From Nageia nagi (taxonomy: Eukaryota; Plantae; Pinophyta): 64,000 bases of DNA. How positions within the stretch are numbered: the stretch's first letter is position 1; every line of letters starts with the position of its first letter. The translations under genes and the position numbers were made by a program. The notes beneath the pieces were generated by a model, which did not search any database, was not told the DNA's origin, and saw only the letters and a program-made list of their open reading frames with translations. Shown one piece after another: positions 54,101-64,000 of this stretch. The DNA is taken from NCBI GenBank assembly GCA_050084985.1, contig JBITNC010000001.1, positions 18,786,001-18,850,000 on the forward strand, written 5' to 3'.

Positions 54101-57100
54101 ATAACACTAGCTCTATAGTGATGCATGCACAATAATGTTGGTGCTATAGGGAGAACTGACATTGGATCACTTACTTCTTAGGTTATCCATTTTATTGATG
54201 GAACCAATGATGTGTTTGTCCTTGAATTTGTATAGTTCCATATATATCTCTTTGATATTAGATTCTTATGCTTTAGCTTTGGACTTTTCTTCCTTCTTAA
54301 TCTCATTTAATGGAACTAAGGTGGCCTCCACCCTTACAATCATACTTTTGGGATCATCCTTTGCATATGTTATGTGATTTTGTCCTTCATGTCTAAATTT
54401 AAAACACCTATAAAGAGTAGATGAAACTATTGATCCCCATGGAATGGATCTATGATCTTCCCAATAAGATGTTATAAGGTATCCTTTTTTCCAACACATA
54501 AACCTTAGTTTCTACAATCTTTGACCCCACTTGAATTGGAAGATATATGAAACCTACACACTATTTCTCAACATTATCAAACCCCTTTATTTGTACCTTT
54601 AGTTTTCCAATACTTTTAACAATATTCTTATCAAACTCTTGTAGGAATTTCAAGGAAAAAATATTTAGGCCAAATCCTATATCAACAAGTTCCTCTTTTG
54701 TAGTTTTATCATTGATTTTGAACTTAATATGAAGTGCCAAGTTGTAATATATGATATCATCATCGAATCATACCATATTGACTTATTTAAGAGACTCAAA
54801 ACTTATATTAATGCACTTAAAATAATATTAACATTAATTTATTCTTCATCTAATGCTCTAAAGAAATATTTCCTATGCTTATCAAAGGTCATAATTAATT
54901 TATACATGCTAATATTGGTAGGAGTATTCTTTAATTGAGTAGCACAATCACATTTAAATTTATTACAAGGAAAAATAATAGTTAATATACTTTATGATGG
55001 AATTTATTTCAAATTAGGGACACCTTTATATTTTCCTTGTATAGAAACATTTCACTCTTCCTTAGATGAAGAGTCTTGTTCAGATTCTTGTTCTTCTTTA
55101 TGGATAACCATGTTTACTAATTTATGGATGTATTGATTTGTAATAGGCTTTATTATTTCTCCATTTTTGTACTCAATTATATTCTTATCAAGAATATCCT
55201 TTAATACTTTCTTAAGTTCTAAGAAACTATTGGTGTAATGGTTTGTCACTTGATGATAACTAGAAAATGATCCATGCTTGTATGACTTAAGTTTTTCCTC
55301 CTCATGTTTAAATTCTTTCCCTTATAATTTTTCTATTAAACCCTTTTCTACATAATCATCAAAATTTTTATAGGGTAAGCAGGAAGCTTAATGGAATTTT
55401 CTAACCTTTTGGAATATTAAGGAGGATCATTACTAATTTTGGCAATATTAACTTTGGTATCCTCCTTTGTTGGGTATGTTTTCTTAAGGGAATCATTATT
55501 GGTAGATGTATATTTGATTTTTCCTCATTTTACCTTGGCCTTTTCTTTTTGAATTAGTGTATGGGTCATTTCTATAAATTGTTTCTTCATGTAATCAATT
55601 GCAGCATACTTGAGAATAGGATTGATGCTTTGCAAAAATAATTTTGCAATATGCTTTTTAGTAACAAAACCATCAAATGATCTTCATATTTTCTAATATA
55701 AAAATTTTCTAACATTTCACTAAGTCGTTGCTTGTAATTCATCATATCTATCAATATAGTAGCCTACTACACATTAAACTTGAGATGTGTCTTAAATAAT
55801 ATTCTCAACTAATTATATGAAGTAACTAAACTAGGTTCTAATGTATAAAACCATTTATGAGCCTCATTGGTAAGATTGAGAGGGAAATACTTGGACTTTA
55901 ATTTGTTGTTGATTCTGCATTTGAGTTCCTTTAGATACTCAAATCCTTGTAAATGAATGTTAATATCTTCTTCACCATTAAACTTCTCAAATTCTGGTTC
56001 CTTCTTCAAAGTAAGAAAGGTATTTTGAATAACATCACTTAGTGGATTACCTTTGTTGTTAAAATTATTCATTTTCTAAAAATGGATAAGAAATGCATTG
56101 AGTACATGTTTTGAAGTTCTAGATATTTATGGTAACTTAATGCTAATGCTTCTTACAATATTAGCACTACGTTTCTCAATTATTATTGCAATTATTTTGA
56201 AAAAGATGTCCATGTTGTTATAACCTTCCCTTTCTTTGCACTCACAAAATATGATAATTAAATTCATTTGAAAACTCTAGGTTTTTTAAGATGATAGAAA
56301 TATGATAATACTTGGAACATAAATTCAATAAAAACTAATTTAAGATTTGCAAAAATATAAAATGAGTTGGGTTCACCAAAATGTAGATGATAAAATGCCA
56401 TAATAGTTGTATTAAGGATGACGAAAATGTATATATATTTTAATTAAATAATAATAGAATTCAATCACCTGTGATATTGAGTAAATAAGATATATCTAAT
56501 GTAAAAGTGAAATAGAAAATAATTTAGTAATAACAAGATAAAATGAAGTAACTTGGTAACCTATGAGAAGGGAATGATAAATACTGATGTGCTTACTTAG
56601 ATGATCATTGTGTAGCTATTCATACTTGGTTGGATACTCAAGGATGATTTGGATGTACTTCTATCCAAAAGTACTGATGTTAGGATGATTTATGACCTAA
56701 CGATGGTGTTGATAACCCTTTAGCTTGTAACAAACCCACCTTGAGTCCAATAAACTAAGCCTTGATATATATGATAAAGTAGTGATGGATAAATATTGAG
56801 TATAATAGATTCCAATATTTATAGGTGGTTTTTAGAGATACCAAAAAGTTTTTGAGAGATATTCATAGTCCTATAAAGATGAAATCTTTATAATGTTCCT
56901 TGCATATTATTCTCTATTTATTGGATTGAGAGATTACCTAAATGCACTTTTGCATGCTAATATAGATGTTGCTAGTTCCTTGCACAAAATGAAAGAATTA
57001 TACATGAGAAATATATTTGGTGGATCATAATTGATAGTTGAAATATAACATAACATCATATTGATCATAACATAACAAGGGCCATATGACAACTATTTTT

Positions 57101-57435
57101 GGCCCAAAAGGGTACCAAATTAGGTGTTAACAATCCCAATTTACCTTTTAGGATTAGATCTAATAAGGAATTCCATACCTTGATCCATTATTTATACCTT
57201 GAAAAATAAGAAAGAATATTTTTAGTTGACATTCCAAGAATAATAAAATAACATTGATAATATCAAGAAATTTCTAGATATAATCATGATTAGGATATAT
57301 TAGCCTTGATTAGCATATGATCTAAGTGATTAGAACATTAGTATGAAATATATTTAGATAATTTAAAAACTATTTCTCTTATATAATATAAATATAATTT
57401 TATAATAAATGAAAAATCATTTATAGGTATCTACA

Positions 57436-58960
57436 ACTTCTCTAAAAGAGGATTTTTATAGATCTTCTCTCAGTATAGAATGCATATGGTTAAATATGTG
57501 TCATGAGATTAAACTTGTAGAACTTTATGAATCTCACATCATTAATATTAAATACAATATGCATTATCTAAATATAATGGATTAGTTATACAAGTAGGTT
57601 TTTCAAAGGCTCCATATTTATTTCCAATATACTCATATTATAGACATTTAGGATGTAGGGAATATTTGACATCTCTTTCACCCATATCTTAGGCCTATAT
57701 TCATCATATTAGGTGAATTTTTCCTATTTAGATATTTCCCATGATAAAGTGCAACCTTTAAAGTATTATATTATTGTAGTCCCTACCTAATCATCTACTT
57801 TTCAATAGGTAGCTCATGATAGACCCTTATCTCTAACTGATTTATATGATTATCTATCCTAAATGGTTGGTAAAAACATGCTTAGGTTAGATGATTTCCA
57901 TTGTGAATTTATAAAATAAATTGTAATATGATGGATCTTGATCTTCTCCATGCTTACCTTGAGATCACAAGCTCTTATTCCATAGGTATTTTAATTAATC
58001 TATGGAATATCAAGTTCATCACTAATTTAGGGATCTAAAGTGTATCACAAGCTAGAGACCCATTGGAAATAACTTTACTTAATATTTCCTATAAAATTAT
58101 TGCCAAGGAATTGGCTTTGTGTATTTGTCCATTACTTCCTCTAATTGTAAAACCCAAGTAAATTATATTCATCCAAAATTGATACATCCTAGTATGTCTT
58201 GGTTATTTTGGAAGTTATGGTGTGGGCATGAATTTAAATTAGCCTTATTTGTTTACCAAAATTAACTTTTAAAAGATTTACAATAAGATTGAAAAGTGTT
58301 TTATTATTTCCATACTTCAAGCCTTAAGTTTTGGTGATATATCTATTCAATCTATATAGATTGTTTTAAGGATACCTCAATAGTTCTCACACTAAACAAG
58401 TCTCAATTTCAAAAGAATGGTTTGGTACTCTTTATTCATCAAGACTTACCTTTATCTCTTTCTATATATATGTTGGTAACTGTATGGTTTGGTTTTTTAC
58501 TTGTTCACCTAGTTTCTTAGAGATTGGTAAGAGTAATATCCTTCCTAACACCCACCTTCATGTCACAAATGGATAATTTTTGGATGGTTCCTTATTAACC
58601 ATGCAGAAGGATGAAGCATATTACAATTAGGGCTTGCAATGATTAGAAATTTATTGTAAGATCTCAAGATCTAGTATCCAATGGAGAAATATGTTCTTTA
58701 GATAATATATTTTTATACTTCCTCATTATATTGCTTGCTTGCAACTGAAATGGTTATAACATAGGTAAATGTTTAAGAAACTCCCTCTAGAGGGAAACTT
58801 TCATATTTCTTTTTAAGATTTTTTCTACCACTTACATTTATTATTCCTCTTATTGGGTACCTTCTGAGGATAGTTACCAAAAACTAGAAAAATTATTATT
58901 AAACTTTTTATGGGTCAAACACCCTTAAGGAAAATATTTTCATTGAGTGGATTAGGGTAT
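57436..58960 (+). mobile_element. Old LINE ORF2 (RT) relic
   Basis: Degenerate motifs LDDFHCEFYK (GPDGF..EFY), ITLLNISYKIIAKELA and KIYNKIE (KAYDRV); possible endonuclease half at ~43100-43440. Confidence 0.65.
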
Positions 58961-61900
58961 ATTTTACCTTCAAAAGGTGTCATTGTAACACATATTTGCA
59001 TCAAACAAATCACTAAATTTTAGACCTTATTTTTTTTAGTTTAGCACTTGATATTCTATGAATGAACTAGGCAATCCCACATGAGATTAATAATGTTACT
59101 AGCTAGTTCAACACTCACATGGAAAGATTGGTTAAGAATTTAGGGTAACCAACCTGATAAACTTTTCTAATGTTCACTTCTCAACACTCTCCTTATTGAG
59201 AAGATGCCTCAAAAGTAACCTCACCATTCCTATTCCATGTCCCATGTGAAATAGGCTTTCTAGTCATAGTGTAGTGGTTTTTTATTAGGATCCCATACCA
59301 CTCGAGAGATCGCACTTCCACTAAGTTAGCATCATCACTTGATGATAACTCTCCATATAATTGGAGCAAATAGTTTTTCCTAGAAAAAATTCCATATGAG
59401 AGGGTAGCATCACCTATGGAACAATCATCATACCCTATCTACTAATTGCAAATGGTATGACTACTAGTTACCCTAACCTGATAATAATAGTTTTTTTGAT
59501 TGCTATCCCCATATTACTCACCTATTAGAAGATATGAATTACTAGCCTTTCCATAAATATTGGCTAGGCCCACCTTGTAGTTTGGCATCCACTTGCCCAT
59601 AACTTGTGGAGCCATGGATATTAAACAATATCCTCGAGTGATTGTTTAGTGTAATTTATTATTAAATGTGTTGAAAAAAAGAACCACCCATAGCCTAATA
59701 ACCATAAACTAATGTTACCATGCACAATACAAGTTCTAAGGTTTAACACCATTCATTTTTTCCCATGAGGTGTACATCAAAAGTCTCAGTTATAGGCTTG
59801 CTAAGGAAGTATCCTAACTCTATTTGTCCCATATGCATTGTATCATGTATATGGGTCTACTTTTTAAAAATCTTCATGCATATGTAAAGTAGAAAATCAT
59901 GAGGTAAGGTATAGCCACTATTCTACAAAAGTAATGTAGTGCTAAGTGGTCCTGACATAAGGAATATTCTTTTTATTTGTTGTTTAGCAGGGTTGGTTTA
60001 CTTGGCAAAGGTTCTCTACGATTTTTCTTTGCATTATTACATGTATTATTGAATATCTTGACCTTATTATCTAAGAACTTCCATTTTATTCCAAAGGATC
60101 CTAAATGGTCCCATTTATTTTGATTGGATCCCATTCATATCCATTTTGATCCCAAATTATCTTTTGGAATCGTAATTTTAATTTAGGATTATTTCTAAGT
60201 CGTTGGGATAATTTTGGATTTATTGTTATTAATAGCCTAATCCATCTACTTCTTGTAGGAGTCTTGATAAAATATTCTACTTAAATTGATTTATACTACC
60301 CACTACTAATCATGCGATAAAAAATATTAATCCCTACTCCTATTCATGTAATCATTACTAGTAAAAGCTTAAATCATAAAATGTAACAATCACAATGTTG
60401 TTCGTAAGGAGAACTCATTAAATCACAATGTTAACATTTTTTCAAACAATTCATTTAAACACAAAATAGTATACTTTTCATTGACCATTAATTATACTAA
60501 TAAGAGATAAATACAAAATAATCCTCATTAAATATTTCTAAGTTAATAGTCAATTACAAGAAGATTGAATACACCTCATAACTTCATTTGTCAACATCTA
60601 AGATAATGATAAAGCTTTCATAAACTTATTACAAAGCATATTAATACATCATAAGGATAATACAAATATCTTATTAATGAGTTTGTGATTCATCATTATC
60701 TTGTAGTACAAAAGTAATACAAAAGCCATTATGTTATCTTATTGACTCATATCTCAGTAGAACACCTCCATCAAGCAATGAGCATCAAACATCGAATAAC
60801 TCCATAGACCTTCGGTGAATGGGTCGAGTACTAGGAGGTAGGAGGATCAGGACATACCCATTTATTCATAATTGATCATAATATATGCAATGAAATCCTA
60901 ATATTCTTATTGACCTTGTGAGGATTTTTACTCCACTAGGGTACCCTTACTTCCTTGGTCAATACCTACTAGCCTTAATAACACCCATTTGTATTCCTCC
61001 AATTATTCTTCAAAATTTCAAAATACCTTGCTATCCTTTTTCTTTTTATTTTAAAATAAACCCTAATGAATAAATTTTTTTCTATATTATCATATTATTA
61101 AAGGATAACTTTTGGTCTCAATTTATTATCTTATAAAAGGTAATCTTCCATCATTTGCATATAAAAAATTACTTGTCAAACACTTTCTACTTTATCTCCA
61201 TTTTATGTTATATCCATATCCTTTCTTTAAAGAGGCTAATTATTTATTTAGTATTTAAATTAATCATAAAGAAGAAGACTATTAATATGGAGTCACTAAT
61301 TAATTTTAAACAACAGCTATCATGAAATCGACTTTTAGAAGACAAAGACCATTAATGTCATTGTTTACCTTCCTGTAAAAAATATTCGACATTGAATTGC
61401 CATACCATATTTCCTTTTTGCTTTTGCCTATGAGTCAGGTGAAACCAATACATTTGGGAGGATCAATGATAGGTGATGATGGCAAAGAAAATGCCTTCCA
61501 ACAAGTCTCTTTACATAGCGATGCTAAGATAGAAACTCAGGCTTTGTAAAAATAATAATCAATCTCTATAAAGTTTTTGTCACTACGCACCCTCTTAAGA
61601 GATCGCAGAGGGAAGTAATGACCCTGTGAACATTTTAGGTGAACTCAGATCTTTCAAAAGGACTTTTAATCGATGCAAGATAATTTTAGTTGGTTTTTAT
61701 TAGAAGGCATGAATGAGAAAAGCAAAGACTCAATCTAATTAGTATGGTGAAATCTAAAACCCATCTTATGAAGAAGAAATTTGTTATATCGATGAACAGG
61801 TTTGGTCTCATCTTGGTAGAGCCTATGCATTGGCAAGAGAAGGGCATCCATTCATACTTAGGCTAGATTTTAGAATGTAATTACTATTCCTGCACCATTG

Positions 61901-64000
61901 AAAATCAGATTCAAAAATCTCATGGGTATCATTTGGAGCTTATGGCGTGAAAGTGGTGAGTTGCAAAGTGTGGAAAAGTTACTCTAAACTCAGATCCTGA
62001 GTAAAATTATTATTTTGGCACAATGTTAAATATTAAAATCCTACTATGAAACCTTTGCCAACATTTTTTAGGCAAAGGCCATTATGGAAGCTTTTTGAGA
62101 AGCATGGACAGAAGACTAAGGAGAAGTTCAAGGCTTTTGCAAATACATTCTATGAACATACACAGTAAGAGGGTGCATAAGGAGTAGTCTAATTAGCTAT
62201 TAAATAAATATAGAAATTGTATTCAAATCCAATGTGATTGAAAAAGAAAATATTATTTTCTTCTTCTTTCCAAGACATAAAGTGCCCAATACCACATGTA
62301 ATATATTAATTACAACAATTAGTATGTCTCTATTAAAAGAACAAGACTTTTATCTATAATTAAATTCCATGAACTTTAAGAAAATAATCCTACTATAAAA
62401 CTTAATAAATAACATGAAAATGGGACTACTTTTAACTAGACATTTTAAAAATGCAAAAGAATGCAGGAGAGACTTATTTTCTTCACCCAAGATTAAGAAT
62501 AACATAAATGGAATAAATATAGATAGGTAGGTATTTTTGTAATGTTCCACCTCTTTATTTATAGCCAAGGAGGTTCAAATGTGTCCAAATGAACGTCTTC
62601 TCACACCTTTGATAATTTTTGGGTTAGGTTTGCTTAAAGTTGTTGATGATTGAAATGGTATTAAATACCTTGGAGCCTTTTTTATTAACTAACAAATTAG
62701 TGCCAACTATTATCCACACCTAACACAAGAAAATGAAACTAAGTAACGTCATTACTCCATTATTTTCCTACTCATTAAATATCTTGTAATACCACAAGTA
62801 GACCTTAGTCTTTTTCTAATAGTATTTATACTATTCGCCCCATGTGGTAATAGCATGGGCACTCATATTCAAATTTTACCCCATTAAATTTATTTTTCTA
62901 ACCTTATATAAATTTTAAAATTTAAATAAGGTATATTCCTTTTTCCCTCCATTTCATATTCGAATATCAAAAACATAAAACAAGGGAAACACACCTTTAC
63001 CTATGATGGTCACCTCGTCTTCCAGAGTAAGATTAATCCACATATTTTTACAAACATATTTTCATCAAGAAATAAAAAATCATAGCAATTATTCTACATG
63101 CAAATACATGATTTATGATGATCATAGGGTTTTTCATCGAATCAACTTCAATCATTTCCTCCTTCTTATCCTTTCATTCCTATCACCAATTCACATTTGG
63201 TCCTTTAGATCTTTGGATCTCTTTCTCTTTCTCGAGGTAACCTGTTACTTGCATCATGAAATACCTCAAAGCTAGCATCACATTGTCACAAATGATACAT
63301 ATTCCCTTATCAAACTTATCATTACCATATCATTATTCAAATATAATCCATTCAAATCCTTGATGGTACTCGAGGTCAAACAGTATCTTGAGGTGGGTCA
63401 TGATAGTCACATAATATAGCTCTTCTTAACTAAAATTGTCAAGGTATGAAACTTTGTACCAAATAGAATACCAAGGATCTCAAAAGATATGAGGCTTGAA
63501 AAATCCTTATATAATACTTCATCTCTACTATCTTACCTTTAGGATGCAAAGCTTGGAGAGGGATTGAATTTTTTATCTTCTAGTTTTCTTAATCGTTATC
63601 AATATTTTGGGCTTATTTATTCTTCAAAGTATTTGGAAATATTGGGAATTTGTTAAGCCTTAGCTCAAATGGAAAGGTGTTAAGTTTCAAAATAGGTAAA
63701 TTATCAATACCCTAAATCTTTGGTATTCCCCTGTATTAACCCTTCAAGGAACCCCATTTTCCTAGGTGGTTCCAAGCACTGCTCATGTAGTTGAACCCTA
63801 ACTCCACCTCAATATATGTATCATGGTGTTATTCTAGTTAATTATCCTCTTGATTGGTCTCAACCATCATCCAATCCTAAGCAAATAAAAATTGGATACC
63901 CTGCCTCCTCCTGCTCTCATAGTAGTTTGGATGGTCATCCTGAACCTTCTATTCCTATTACTAGTTGGGGAGATGTATCAAATATCACACCTCAAGTGGT

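Larger units (their letters stand above)
43450..57435 (-). mobile_element. Decayed Ty3/Gypsy of the Tat/Ogre type (gag-PR-RT-RH-aRH-INT)
   Basis: gag 55809-56072; protease LVDIGFGLN ~54670; RT (YSPWLSNI, YKVMPF) 52100-52945; RNase H ~51500-51970; additional RNase H (WILYFD..TNNMVEYE..DSQLV) 51042-51446; integrase with WIGPF ~49710. PPT AAAGAGGGGAAA next to the LTR end at 44288; PBS next to 56382. 44020-44288 is homologous to 57160-57435. The left boundary is approximate. Confidence 0.85.

Noticed and set aside
62250-64000. Possible Ulp1-like or DNA-transposon coding relic on the - strand
   Set aside because: Only vague motif resemblance; cannot be supported by eye.

Overview
AT-rich, CpG-depleted plant nuclear DNA, probably from a large-genome seed plant such as a conifer (inferred from the TE spectrum and intron sizes). 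The only intact gene is a signal peptide peptidase-like 1 (SPPL1) gene with three coding exons (21776-30138, +, 364 aa). Upstream (1-19.3 kb) is a nest of elements. Two divergent CACTA/En-Spm elements end at right TIRs 7479 and 18261; each carries a decayed multi-exon TnpA-like gene and kilobase-scale degenerate telomere-like (TTTAGGG/TTAGGG) tracts. The nest also holds an L1-type LINE, a 1.1-kb element with subterminal inverted repeats, a very young non-autonomous LTR element and a PPR pseudogene turned minisatellite. SPPL1 intron 2 holds a non-coding poly(A) retroposon with TSD and a probable DNA transposon carrying an in-frame-deleted PPR E-DYW fragment. Downstream are a decayed full-length Copia, a chromovirus relic, and a large Tat/Ogre-type Gypsy inside an old LINE. 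That Gypsy contains a 0.68-kb LTR-less copy of the neighbouring Copia integrase that shares its disabling mutations. The best candidate for an undescribed system is a CACTA lineage that carries structured telomere-like arrays. All alignments and translations were done by eye.
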